Positions 9,736 through 21,067 are shown, numbered from the stretch's first letter. The stretch: 64,000 nucleotides of DNA from Verrucomicrobiota bacterium (GCA_039798785.1 JBDKFG010000001.1:128001-192000), one strand, 5' to 3'. Made by a program: numbers and translations. Notes: generated from the letters alone by a model not told the origin.

Positions 9736-11739
9736 TTATACGAAGTCCGAGACGGGGGGGATTTCTTCGGCGCTGTCATCCCCGTAGAAGTGGAGGTAGA
9801 TCTCAAGAGAACCAATGCTGTGCATCTGAAGCTCTCCTCCTAGGCTGCTGTAGACCGTGCCTTCCGAGCCGATGAGGTCGCGCAGTTCTAAGGTGCTGCT
9901 GCTGTTGAGAAGGATGTGGAATTCCGTGGCTGCGGAACCGGCGACGGATTGGATGTCGGCGGAGTTGAGGCTGTGGGTCGCCTCGGCAACGTCTTCGAGA
10001 TCGAGCGCTTCGAGATTCTGGAGCTTCAGGCGGGCGACGTTGAATTCTTCGGCAGAGACAGTGCCGAGCACCATGAAGCCGTCGACGCCGGCGCCGAAAT
10101 CGATCAGGGCATTGCTCGCCAGCATGCCAAGGTTGCCGATCCGCAATTCGTCATTGCCCGCGCCGAAGGAAAGGCGGCCGGCGAGAGTGTCGACGATTTC
10201 GACTTCGTCATCGCCTTTGCCGAGGCTGACGCTGGCCGAGGCCGAGCCGTAGCTCAGGCTCACCCAGGCTTCGCCGGCGATGCTGAGGAGGTCGCTGCCG
10301 CTTTCAAAGGCGATATAGCCGTCGCAGTCGCCAGCGACGCTCATCGCGTCATCTCCGGCGCCCAGCCAGACTATAGCGCCATCGAGCTCGCCTTTGACCG
10401 CCAGCTTGTCATTGCCTCCCTGGAGGCGGCACTGGTAGGTGAAGTCGCCGTTGATGGTCACGGTGTCGATTCCTTCGCCGCCTTCGATCCAGCCGAACAT
10501 GTCGCCTTTGATCAGCAGGCTGTTGTCGCCGTCGCCGAGATCGATGGCGCCTTGGTTGCCGAGGTCTTCGTTGTCGATGCTGGTGTCGCCGGAATCGCCG
10601 TTGATGACGATGCTGTCGTTGTCGAGGCCGGCGAAGATCCAGCCGCGGTTGTCGCCGCCGAGGGTGATCTTGTTGCTGCCGTCGCCGAGATCGATGCCGC
10701 CGATGTTGTGACGGCCGATGCTGACCGTGTCATTGCCGTGACCGAGGTTGGCATGGGTGTCGAAGCTGTTGGCGTCGAGACTGTTCATTGCGACGTCCTC
10801 GGACATGTCGATGCCGATGAAATCACGCTTGATGGAGAGAATGTCGTTGCCGTCGCCGAGATCGAGCATGCCGCGGGCATCCTGCCCGATCGTGACTTTG
10901 TCGTCGCCGCTGCTGCTTTCGATGCGGCCGTAGAGGCTCTTGCCGATGCTGACGGTGTCGGCTCCGATGTCGGTGATGATCGTCGCGGAGGCATGACCTT
11001 TGATCGAGATGCTTTTGGCCTCGTTGGCAGCGATCTCGCCACTGCCGCTCAGGATTCCGCCTTCGAAGTTGCGATTGAAGATGACTACGTCTTTGCCCAG
11101 GCCGAGGTCGATGCCGGCCTCGACGTTGCCTTGGATGGTGAGTTTGTCGATGCCCGAGCCGCCGAGGATGTTGATCACCGGGTCGCCGTTGTCGTCTTCG
11201 CTTTCGGCGCTGAAGACGCCGCTGATGCTGAGGGTGTTGTTGCCCTCGCCGAGATTGATGCTGGAATCCCAGAGGGTGATGGTGGAGCTGAAACGGTCGT
11301 CGCCGTCACCGAGGTCGATCTCGGCGCCGGCCACCACTCCCTTGGTGATCGAGAAGGAGTCGTTGCCGGCTCCGGTGCTGGCCTTGCCGCCGAAGAAGCC
11401 ACCCTTGATGCTGACGCTGTCGGCGTCGTCACCGGTGTCGAGCAGCCCCTGGAAGGCCTTGCTGATGGTGACGCTGTCGGTGCCTGCGCCGAGATCGAAC
11501 TTGATCATCGAGCCGATGGCGCCGTTGAGGATGAGCGTGTCTTTCAGGCTGCCGCCGTAGACGATCCGTTCGGACGGCACTTCGGGATCGGCCTGGTAGG
11601 CGAGCAGGAAGCTGTTGACGGTGATGGTGTGGACGGCGTCGATGACGCTCGGATTGATGTCCCGCTTGAGGAAATTGCCGTCGATGTCGTCACTGGTGAA
11701 GATCTGGCTGTCGTAGGTGAAGATGGCGGGCATGGTCAT
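9736..11739 (-). CDS. RTX-like Gly/Asp-rich repeat protein, paralog 2
   Basis: Repeats such as IDLGDGDDRF, LDLGDGNDIL, IDLGDGDNSL. Shares YDS, GGSLxDTL, DDADSVxIKGGFFGG, IDFGAGVD and LxNLExL blocks with 2869..4908. Confidence 0.8.
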   Translation of the reverse strand: MTMPAIFTYDSQIFTSDDIDGNFLKRDINPSVIDAVHTITVNSFLLAYQADPEVPSERIVYGGSLKDTLILNGAIGSMIKFDLGAGTDSVTISKAFQGLLDTGDDADSVSIKGGFFGGKASTGAGNDSFSITKGVVAGAEIDLGDGDDRFSSTITLWDSSINLGEGNNTLSISGVFSAESEDDNGDPVINILGGSGIDKLTIQGNVEAGIDLGLGKDVVIFNRNFEGGILSGSGEIAANEAKSISIKGHASATIITDIGADTVSIGKSLYGRIESSSGDDKVTIGQDARGMLDLGDGNDILSIKRDFIGIDMSEDVAMNSLDANSFDTHANLGHGNDTVSIGRHNIGGIDLGDGSNKITLGGDNRGWIFAGLDNDSIVINGDSGDTSIDNEDLGNQGAIDLGDGDNSLLIKGDMFGWIEGGEGIDTVTINGDFTYQCRLQGGNDKLAVKGELDGAIVWLGAGDDAMSVAGDCDGYIAFESGSDLLSIAGEAWVSLSYGSASASVSLGKGDDEVEIVDTLAGRLSFGAGNDELRIGNLGMLASNALIDFGAGVDGFMVLGTVSAEEFNVARLKLQNLEALDLEDVAEATHSLNSADIQSVAGSAATEFHILLNSSSTLELRDLIGSEGTVYSSLGGELQMHSIGSLEIYLHFYGDDSAEEIPPVSDFV

Positions 11740-11838
11740 TCTCCGTGTTTGTGGTTGCAGGCACTTCCTGCAAGCATTATAGGACTCGCGAAGAGAGAAA
11801 GCAAGAAGATGTTCTTGATTGGTGTGTAAAGTATTCAG

Positions 11839-11861
11839 CCGGAAACTTTTGTGGTTTCCGG
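11839..11861 (-). terminator. Possible terminator hairpin
   Basis: ccggaaac-ttttgtg-gtttccgg just downstream of the cytochrome gene. Confidence 0.35.
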
Positions 11862-11895
11862 TTGAATCGAGGGATGGAGGAATGGAGAGGTTGCG

Positions 11896-14442
11896 TCAGT
11901 CGATGATTTCGTTGAGGGTGTACCAGCCGTGGTCGGAGGAGACCGGGCGGCCCCGGGCGTCCTTAAGGCCGGGGAGGGAGAAGGCATAGCAGCGGCGCTT
12001 GACCAGTTCCGGCAGGGCGACGAAGACACTCTTGCCATCGGCAGCGAGGGTGACGCTGCTGGGCTCGACCTTGGTGGTTCCGACCTTGGGCGATCCGTAG
12101 GTGGGCCAGAAGTTGTAGGTCCAATGGCTGACCTTGAGGTCCTGTGGCCTGGGCGCCTCTTTCAGGGGCGCGGTGAAGCTGATCCGGAAGCCGCCCTTCT
12201 CGTGGGTGATGGCCTGGATGCAGAAGGGGGTGGTCTGGGCGTCCCATTTGATGTGCTGCACGGCGAAGGGCAGGTCGCCGATGGAATCCCAGCCGCGCGA
12301 GGTGGCGCAAGTCCACATCGAGCCGTCGGGAGCGAAGGCGAGGCGGATGAGTCCGCAACGCAGGGGGCGGATGAAGTCGATGGCGCAGCCCTGCCAGACG
12401 CCCTTGACGTGCTGCAGCTGGCAGCGGAAGACGTTGGACTGGGTCTGGTCGCAGGCGAAGATCTGCCCGGCGAAGGGGCCGAACTTGCCGCCGGTGGCGT
12501 CGTAGACGACGTTGCCGGGGGAGTTGCCGAGTTCGACGTGGGGGATGAAGACCGCCGGCGGCACGCGCTTCTCGGCCCATTCCTTCAGCGGCACCTGGTC
12601 GAGATCCTTGCCGTGATAGTCGGGGTGGTCGGCCATGCCGGCGGGGTGGCCGTGGAAGCTGCCTCTCTCGGCCACCGCGAGGTAGGAGGTGGGCATCCAG
12701 TCGCCCTGGTTGTCGAGGAAGAGCAGGTGGCCGTCGGGGGTCATGCCGGTGCCGGCGGGCGAGCGCAGGCCCCAGGCGAAGGTCTCATATTTGCCTTCAG
12801 GAGACAGGCGGTAGGCGGTGCCGCGTTTGAGGCCCGGCACGGCGCTCATGCAGGAGCCGCGCACCGGCTTGAAGGAATCGTGGCCGAGGTTGAGAGTGCC
12901 GTAGACCGAGCCGTCGGGGCCTATCTCGGGGCCGAAGTGGAATTCATGGTAGTTGCCGGAGATGCCCCATCCGGCGGTGAGGGTGCGGAAGGAGTCGGCG
13001 CGGCCGTCGCCATCCTCGTCCTTCAGCGCGGTGAGCTCGGGCTTCTGGGCGATCCACAGCTCTCCCTTGTCCTCCTTCCACAAGAGGCCGCAGGGCTCGT
13101 GCAGGCCCTCGGCGTAGAGCTGCCAGGAGCCGTCCGCCACTCGCTTCCACACCTCGCCCTCGCGGGAACAGACGAAGACCTCGCCGCGCGGCGTCACCGC
13201 CAGCCCCGCGGTCTGGAGGGGGCGGCCGGGCGGCAGCGGGATGGTCTCCACCGAGTAGCCCTCGGGAAGTAGCGCCGGCCTTGGCTCCTTGTCGTAGGGC
13301 TGGCCCTGGACCGTCGCCGCCGCCGCGGCGAGCGCCGAGGGAGGCGTGCTGATCGCGGCGATGTCGAGGCCGCTCTTGTCGGCCTTGGCGGAGAGCTGCA
13401 CCCAGGCCTCGCCGAACTGCACCGCCACGTTTTCGCCGACGATGCGGTAGCCGCGGAACTCGCCCTTCACGGGAAGGGCGACGGCGAGCTTTTCGACCGC
13501 CTCGGCGGCGGGCAGGGCCGGCGACTGGCCGCGGCCGCTGCGCGGCGGAGCGACGTCGATGAACTTGCCGATCCAGCTGTGGGTGATCTCGCCATGCTCG
13601 GTGTCGAGCACTGCGTTGACGCCGCCGGGGAAGCCGAGCATCAGGCTGCGGGGCGACTTCTGCCCTTTGACGTTGCCGCGGTAGACCTGGGCGCGGTTCT
13701 CGGCGGCGATGATCACCGGCTCGGGGCCGCGGGCGCCCTTGAGCGGGGCGCTGAGCCATTCGGAAACGCCTTGGCCGGAGAGGTGAAGCCCCAGGACGTC
13801 TTCCCCGCCGCCTTGCATGTGGGTGAGGGTGAAGCTGTGCTCGCCGGCTGCGAGCTTGACCTTGCCGCTGCGGCCGCGGGCGGGGTGGATGCCGTCGTCG
13901 TTGACCACCGTCTTGCCGTCGACTTCCAGGCGTCCGGCGTCATCGGAGTGGACTTCGAGGCGGTATTCCCCTTCCTTGGCGATCAACAGCTTGCCGGTGA
14001 AGACGATGAGGTAGTCCTTGCGGTCCTCGACCATCGAGAGGTCAAGAAGGGCTTGCACCTTGCCCGACTTGACCGGGGTGAGCCTGGCGGCATCGGGAAT
14101 CTTCTCCCAGGAGCCTTTGTAGATCTTGTATTCGACATCGCTCAGGCCCTGCTGGCGGGCGAGGATGAAATCGATGAGCTGCTGCTTCTGGGCTTCCGGG
14201 AGCATCGGGCCGAAGCCAGGCATGCCTTTGGCCGGGAAGCCCTCGTTGATCGACTTGAGGAGGGCCTCGCGGCTGGAGCCGTGCAGCCACACCGAGTCCG
14301 TGAGCTTCGGGCCGGTGGCGCCTTCCAGCTGCTTGCCGTGGCAGCTCACGCAAAAGCTTTCGTAGGTCTTGGCGGCGGGATGGGGCTGAGGCGCTTCTGC
14401 AGGAGCGGCCTGGGCGAGAGCAAGGGCGGCGAACAGGGACAT
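11896..14442 (-). CDS. Exported cytochrome c + PA14 domain + beta-propeller (glucose/sorbosone-dehydrogenase-like) protein
   Basis: Signal-like N-terminus; CVSCH heme motif and GMPGF axial Met; PA14 signature (GEYRLEVHSDDAGRLEVDGKTVVNDDGIH); propeller repeats (GLHEPCGL, DEDGDGRAD, YHEFHFG, GLRSPAG, DNQGDW). Confidence 0.85.
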   Translation of the reverse strand: MSLFAALALAQAAPAEAPQPHPAAKTYESFCVSCHGKQLEGATGPKLTDSVWLHGSSREALLKSINEGFPAKGMPGFGPMLPEAQKQQLIDFILARQQGLSDVEYKIYKGSWEKIPDAARLTPVKSGKVQALLDLSMVEDRKDYLIVFTGKLLIAKEGEYRLEVHSDDAGRLEVDGKTVVNDDGIHPARGRSGKVKLAAGEHSFTLTHMQGGGEDVLGLHLSGQGVSEWLSAPLKGARGPEPVIIAAENRAQVYRGNVKGQKSPRSLMLGFPGGVNAVLDTEHGEITHSWIGKFIDVAPPRSGRGQSPALPAAEAVEKLAVALPVKGEFRGYRIVGENVAVQFGEAWVQLSAKADKSGLDIAAISTPPSALAAAAATVQGQPYDKEPRPALLPEGYSVETIPLPPGRPLQTAGLAVTPRGEVFVCSREGEVWKRVADGSWQLYAEGLHEPCGLLWKEDKGELWIAQKPELTALKDEDGDGRADSFRTLTAGWGISGNYHEFHFGPEIGPDGSVYGTLNLGHDSFKPVRGSCMSAVPGLKRGTAYRLSPEGKYETFAWGLRSPAGTGMTPDGHLLFLDNQGDWMPTSYLAVAERGSFHGHPAGMADHPDYHGKDLDQVPLKEWAEKRVPPAVFIPHVELGNSPGNVVYDATGGKFGPFAGQIFACDQTQSNVFRCQLQHVKGVWQGCAIDFIRPLRCGLIRLAFAPDGSMWTCATSRGWDSIGDLPFAVQHIKWDAQTTPFCIQAITHEKGGFRISFTAPLKEAPRPQDLKVSHWTYNFWPTYGSPKVGTTKVEPSSVTLAADGKSVFVALPELVKRRCYAFSLPGLKDARGRPVSSDHGWYTLNEIID

Positions 14443-14571
14443 GGCGGATCTCCTCGGGTGATGCCTAAAGATATCTCTTAGTCACCTGGGGAATTTCAAT
14501 GTTTCCACAAGGCTAGTGCCGTGGCCTCTCAATTTGTTATCCCTTATGAACCTTGGGATTTCTTTGTGGAA

Positions 14572-15786
14572 TCAGCTCAAGTCGAGCAGATGGCGGCGGA
14601 GAGAGTCGAGACCGAGGGTCACGGCCTGGCTGCGGATGTCTTTGCGCTCGCCGCGAAGCTGGAGCAGGCGGCTGCGGATGCCGTTGGGGGCGATGGTGGC
14701 GATCCAGACGGTGCCGACCGGCTTCTCCGGGCTGCCTCCTCCAGGACCGGCGACGCCGGTGCTGACCACGCCGCAATCGGCGAAACGCCGCAGCCCGGCG
14801 GCGAGGGCCTGGGCGGTGGCTTCCGAAACGGCGCCGTGGAGGGCAATGGTTTCCTGCGGCACTTGCAGCAGAGATTGCTTCCACTCGTTGGCATAGCAGA
14901 CTATGCCTCCGACAAAGACTTCGGAGGCTCCGGGCACATCGGTGAGAGCGGCCGAGATCAGGCCGCCGGTGCAGGATTCGGCGCTGGCGAGGCGGAGACG
15001 GTGGCGGCGCGCCAAGGCGAGACAATCGGAGGCCGGGGAAGCTTGCTCCAAGGCGTCGTGGCCGAAGAGCTGGCGAGCTCGAGCCGCCGCTGCAGCGAGC
15101 TCGTCTTCGCGCCCGGCGGGAAGGGAAAGGGTGACCCTCACTGCCCCCAAGGAGGCGCACCAAGCCGGCAGCAGCTCTGGGAATTCCTGCAGGAGGGGAC
15201 GGGTTCGCAATTCGACTTCCGATTCGCGTAGACCGCAAGTGTGGATCACGGCGCTGCGGAGGCGGGGGGGGAACTCCATCAGGAGGCGGGGGAGGAGGCC
15301 GTCGCGCAGCATCGGAAGGAATTCACGCGGCGGACCGGGGAGGAGGGCGATGCGGCTGCGGCCCGAAAGCAATAACAGGCCGGGGGCGAGGCCGGGGACA
15401 TTCGGGATCTTGACCGCGCCGCGGATCCACTCCGCCTGGCGGACGATGTGCTCTTCGGAATGAGTTCTCCCGCTCAGGCGCTGGCGGATTTCGGCGAGAG
15501 TTTCGGGACAGGTGAAAAGCTCGAGCCCGAGGCTTTGGGCGACGGCGGCGCGGGTCAGGTCGTCGGCGGTGGGGCCTAGGCCGCCGCAGAGGAGGATGAG
15601 CTCCGCTTCTTCGGTCAGTGCCCGTCCGAGGGCGGCCTGGATCGCCGCGAGGCGGTCGGGCACGCATTCACTGCGGTCGAGGGTCCAGCCGCAGGCGGCA
15701 AGTTCCCGTCCGAGTCCGGTCTGGTTGCTGTTGGTGGTCTGGCCGTTGAGCAATTCCGAGCCGGTGAAGAGGGCGATGGCTTTCAT
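14572..15786 (-). CDS. cinA: CinA-family protein (MoCF-like N-terminal domain + PncC NMN deamidase domain)
   Basis: GSELLNGQTTNSN, GGLGPTADDLT, LPGPPRE, AESCTGG, PGAS, GAVSE, TGVAGPGGGSPEKPVGTV. Confidence 0.93.
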   Translation of the reverse strand: MKAIALFTGSELLNGQTTNSNQTGLGRELAACGWTLDRSECVPDRLAAIQAALGRALTEEAELILLCGGLGPTADDLTRAAVAQSLGLELFTCPETLAEIRQRLSGRTHSEEHIVRQAEWIRGAVKIPNVPGLAPGLLLLSGRSRIALLPGPPREFLPMLRDGLLPRLLMEFPPRLRSAVIHTCGLRESEVELRTRPLLQEFPELLPAWCASLGAVRVTLSLPAGREDELAAAAARARQLFGHDALEQASPASDCLALARRHRLRLASAESCTGGLISAALTDVPGASEVFVGGIVCYANEWKQSLLQVPQETIALHGAVSEATAQALAAGLRRFADCGVVSTGVAGPGGGSPEKPVGTVWIATIAPNGIRSRLLQLRGERKDIRSQAVTLGLDSLRRHLLDLS

Positions 15787-15800
15787 GGGTGGGGCTCGGG

Positions 15801-15876
15801 TTGAAGGGTTGAAGGGGTGAAGGGGTGAAGGGGTGAAGGGGTGAAGGGGTGAAGGGGTGAAGGGGTGAAGGTGAAG
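15801..15876. repeat. 8-bp tandem repeat array (KTGAAGGG x8 plus two 6-bp partial units)
   Basis: ttgaaggg x2, gtgaaggg x6, gtgaag x2; lies 14 bp upstream of the cinA start codon. Confidence 0.95.
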
Positions 15877-15989
15877 CGAAACCTGGGTCTCTGGTCAATA
15901 TGTTCTGCTGCGCGGCTGCTCAACCTTTCAACCCGGTTCCATTCCGCTGCTGCGGAATTTAGGTTCAACCTTATTGAACCCGGTTTTTT

Positions 15990-18146
15990 TCAGGAATTCG
16001 ACTCCGCCAAGGGTGCGCCTTCAGCCTGTTCCAGTTCGTTTTCGACGGTGAGTCGCATGACTTCGTGGAGGGTGGTGAGTCCGGCGATGGCTTTGCGGAT
16101 GCCGTCGTCACGGAGCGTGCGCATGCCGAGGTCGCAAGCGCGGGTGCGGATCTGCTGGGTCGAAGCCCTCTTGAGGATCATTTCCTCGATTTCCGGGCTG
16201 ACCCTGAGGATCTCATAGATTCCCAGACGACCTTTGTAGCCTCCGCGGCAGAGGGAGCAGCCGCGGCCGGATTTCCAGGAGACTGTGCTAAGATCGAGGT
16301 TGCCAAGGGCAGAGGAGATGACCTTGCGGGGCAGGCGCTTGATCTGGCGGTTCATGACGCCGATCAGTTCGATGCCGGAGAGGGGGCGGCTGAGCTCGGC
16401 CCGGATGTTGTATTGACCGATCTTCTCGAGACTGGAGAGGGAGGCGTCGGTGATCAGGATCATAGGCACTTTCGGCTTCAGGGCGTTGATCCGGTCGAGC
16501 AGCTCGACTCCGGCGATGTCGGGGAATTCCAGGGATGTGATCACCATGTCGACTGAACGGGCGCGGCGCGAGGCGAGCAGGGTGGAGAGCTCGAAGCCGT
16601 TGGAGCAGGTGATGACGCTGAGGTTCATCCGGCTCAGCATGGTGCGGGCTAGGCGGAGCGACTCGGGATCGGGATCGGCGACGACGATGGTGTGCTGGCC
16701 GCTGTGGATGCCGGCTTCGAGGAAGTCCAGCTCCTCCGGGCCGGGCGACCAGGGGGCGCTGCAATGGCTGCAGATGCGACGCATCAGGCGCTGCGCCATC
16801 ACCGCCCGCACCGCGGTGGCGATCAGGAAGGGCTGGCAGCCGAGGTCGATGAGGCGGGCGATGGCGCCCGGAGCGTCGTTGGTGTGCAAAGTCGAAAACA
16901 CCATGTGGCCGGTGAGGGCCGCCTGCACCGCGATCTGGGCGGTCTCGAAGTCGCGGATTTCCCCGACCATGATGACGTTCGGCGCCTGGCGCAGCATCGA
17001 GCGCAGCACCGCGGCGAAGCTCAGGCCGATCTGATGGTTGACCTGCACCTGGTCGATGCCGCGAATCTCGTATTCGACCGGGTCCTCGGCGGTGATGATC
17101 TTGCGCGAGGTGTTGTTGAGGGTGTTGAGGAATGCGTAGAGAGAGGTCGTCTTGCCGGATCCGGTGGGTCCCGTGACCAGGAAGATGCCGTTGGGCAGCT
17201 TCACCGTCTTTTCGATCAGCTCCAGGTCGTCGGAGAAGAAGCCGAGCTCGCTCAGCGAGATGTTCACCGAGCTGCGGTCGAGGATCCGCATCACCACGCT
17301 TTCGCCGCGCGGCGTCGGGATCGACGAGACCCTCAGGTCGAGCTGCTTGCCCTGCACCACCAGGTCGATCCGGCCGTCCTGCGGCAGACGCTTCTCGGCG
17401 ATGTTCATGCTGCCCAGGACCTTGATCCGGGAAATGATGTTCAGCGACAAGTTGGAGGAAAGGCTGTGCGCTTCGGCCAGGACGCCGTCGATCCGGTAGC
17501 GGACGCGAAGCCGCTTCTGCAAGGGCTCGATGTGGATGTCGGAAGCTTTCGCCTGCACCGCGCCGGAGAGGATGGTGTCGACCAGCAGCGCCACCTGGGA
17601 TTCGCCGGCGAGAGAGGGGCGGCCGGTTCCGGCGCTGCTGTGTGAAAGCTCGCGCCTCTCCGCCTCCGCCTGGGCTTGAGCCGCCAAGGACTTGGCTTCG
17701 TTGGTGACGGCGTGGGCGGTGCTCGAATACCAGTGCTCGATCGCCTGCTCAAGCTGCCTCCGTGGACAGCTCACCGGAGCGATCGAAAAGCCCAAGGTGT
17801 TGCCGAGCGAGTCTAGCCTCCCGGTCTCCGATGGCTCGTCGGTCGCCACTGTGAGGACGCCATCGTTGATGTTCAGCGGCAGGAGACGGTTCTTGCGCGC
17901 ATATTCCGCCGGCAGCAGGGCCAGGGCCTCCGGACTGGGGATGAGATGCTCGACTCGCACCGTCTCAACCCCGACCGCATCGGCGACCAGGAGCTGGCAG
18001 TCCTCGACGCTCATGATGTTCAGGGCTTCCAAGGCCTCTTCGTGGCTGATTCCGCCCGCTTCGGCATAGGATTCGATCTGGCTCCGGACTTCGGCGTCCA
18101 GGGCTCCCATTTCCTGAAGAATGTCGAGGATGATGGTCTCTTGCAT
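15990..18146 (-). CDS. PilB/GspE-family secretion ATPase with an inserted receiver-like domain
   Basis: ASDIHIEP, EKRLPQDGR, Walker A GPTGSGKTT, TAEDPVE, Walker B IMVGEIRD, His box TGHMVFSTLHTND, zinc motif CSHC...CSLC, GYKGRLGIYE. Confidence 0.93.
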   Translation of the reverse strand: MQETIILDILQEMGALDAEVRSQIESYAEAGGISHEEALEALNIMSVEDCQLLVADAVGVETVRVEHLIPSPEALALLPAEYARKNRLLPLNINDGVLTVATDEPSETGRLDSLGNTLGFSIAPVSCPRRQLEQAIEHWYSSTAHAVTNEAKSLAAQAQAEAERRELSHSSAGTGRPSLAGESQVALLVDTILSGAVQAKASDIHIEPLQKRLRVRYRIDGVLAEAHSLSSNLSLNIISRIKVLGSMNIAEKRLPQDGRIDLVVQGKQLDLRVSSIPTPRGESVVMRILDRSSVNISLSELGFFSDDLELIEKTVKLPNGIFLVTGPTGSGKTTSLYAFLNTLNNTSRKIITAEDPVEYEIRGIDQVQVNHQIGLSFAAVLRSMLRQAPNVIMVGEIRDFETAQIAVQAALTGHMVFSTLHTNDAPGAIARLIDLGCQPFLIATAVRAVMAQRLMRRICSHCSAPWSPGPEELDFLEAGIHSGQHTIVVADPDPESLRLARTMLSRMNLSVITCSNGFELSTLLASRRARSVDMVITSLEFPDIAGVELLDRINALKPKVPMILITDASLSSLEKIGQYNIRAELSRPLSGIELIGVMNRQIKRLPRKVISSALGNLDLSTVSWKSGRGCSLCRGGYKGRLGIYEILRVSPEIEEMILKRASTQQIRTRACDLGMRTLRDDGIRKAIAGLTTLHEVMRLTVENELEQAEGAPLAESNS

Positions 18147-18333
18147 GATCTCGCCTCCGCTGTCGCTGGGTAGAACTTAGGCCGCAGCAGGGGCGGAAGC
18201 AAGGGGCGGCGGGAAATTCTCTGCGACGAACTCCGGGTTTTTCTCTGCGCTCAGCGTCACATTCCGCCCACGGTGGCGATCCGGAGCTAGATTCCGCCCG
18301 CCTCTTTCAATTCAAACCAGGAGCCCCCCGCCC

Positions 18334-19974
<1,641 letters not shown>

Positions 19975-20032
19975 AATTTGAAACGGCCCCCGAGGAGAGG
20001 TCCGAGGGGGATAAGTACTGGAGATAAAAAAA

Positions 20033-20533
20033 GTGACGATTCATCAGTATTTCGAAAAGGTAAAAAATATCAATTGGTTCTCCAACGTTGGAGGTGGTCT
20101 TTTAAAGCCATATTGTGGATTAAAAATTCGACGAGTCGATTCGTGGGATCAAGCGGTAAAATGGGCGCAGCATGAACTTACTATTTGGTGTCTGATTGAA
20201 TCTGGTAATGTTCTGATGTCAGGTGTTAGATCGAACTCATTTGAACATTTTTCAAAATGGAATTCTATAGCAAGAAATAATCTGAATTATGTTATGCCAA
20301 TTATTGAAGGATGCGATTTTCAAAGAATCCCGAAATCTTATCAGGAAATTGTTTTCAGGCACCTGCAGTCACAGCTTGTAGGCGCCTTCATGGAATTGGC
20401 ATATGATGATTGCGCTCCTGTTGTTTTGTTGCGGCAGCAAATTGAACTTTATCAAGAGGGGCTATTTCCTTGTGGGTGGCGAGTCGATTCTCCGGATGAC
20501 TTTCCGCGGAATGCTGAAATCATCGTATATTGA
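20033..20533 (+). CDS. Low-GC hypothetical protein (possible orphan immunity-type protein)
   Basis: 166-aa ORF, GTG start after ggag, markedly AT-rich versus its flanks; Trp-rich motifs INWFSNVG, VDSWDQA, YQEGLFPCGW. Function is inference. Confidence 0.65.
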   Translation: MTIHQYFEKVKNINWFSNVGGGLLKPYCGLKIRRVDSWDQAVKWAQHELTIWCLIESGNVLMSGVRSNSFEHFSKWNSIARNNLNYVMPIIEGCDFQRIPKSYQEIVFRHLQSQLVGAFMELAYDDCAPVVLLRQQIELYQEGLFPCGWRVDSPDDFPRNAEIIVY

Positions 20534-20632
20534 AGCATTCAATTCATCCCTGACCTGAAAAATCCACGCTGGATGTATCTGCTCAAGAAAATTGTGCAAA
20601 ATCAAGAATCTGCGACAACTCAAGGTAAAGCC

Positions 20633-21067
20633 ATGAGCGAAATTGCTAAAAGATGGATCACCGAAGAATGTCACACAGAGGATGGCATCTACTTCGGAGA
20701 CGATACTTTCATTCCACTGCAAGAGAACACTCCACAGCTCCCCCGTCGTACAATCACTGAACTACTAAGCTGCGAGCCCGACAATTGGTCGGCTATCATG
20801 ATTGGGGCCCCGTTGACAAGCTCTTCAAACTATCTCGTTTATGGCGGTGAAACTTCCTGGGAAGGAGCTGGCTTTCTCGCGCTCGTACGAGCAAGCGACA
20901 GATCCCTGATTTGGCTTCTCCATTCCTCCACATCCGAGCCATTTCGATCGGCCAGTATCATTGGGGATCTTATAGTTGCTGAGTCCTATGAATATCCTAT
21001 GGGCTATCGGTGGGAGATCCCGATCGACGCTCCATGGTTACTCATTTCTGTAGCCAGAGATGAATAG
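20633..21067 (+). CDS. Hypothetical protein (possible orphan immunity-type protein)
   Basis: Acidic beta-rich ORF starting MSEIAKRW, with aaggt upstream; lower GC than the core genes. The upstream in-frame extension derives from a gene remnant (see findings). Confidence 0.65.
   Translation: MSEIAKRWITEECHTEDGIYFGDDTFIPLQENTPQLPRRTITELLSCEPDNWSAIMIGAPLTSSSNYLVYGGETSWEGAGFLALVRASDRSLIWLLHSSTSEPFRSASIIGDLIVAESYEYPMGYRWEIPIDAPWLLISVARDE

Noticed and set aside
9916..11829. Long antisense ORFs (also 375-1379, 11929-13272, 18307-19815, 22115-23308, 28064-29896, 47118-48590, 57542-59644, 62828-63949)
   Set aside because: Shadow frames of well-supported genes, expected from high-GC codon bias; no recognisable motifs.
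14572..15786. cinA/pncC as part of the NAD cluster at 49-64 kb
   Set aside because: It is over 33 kb away and a common housekeeping gene; no evidence of linkage.
15668..15968. Small ORFs with PSPLHPFT repeats
   Set aside because: Translation artefacts of the 8-bp tandem repeat.
19985..20010. Terminator after gpmI
   Set aside because: The stem is poorly paired and has no U-tract.
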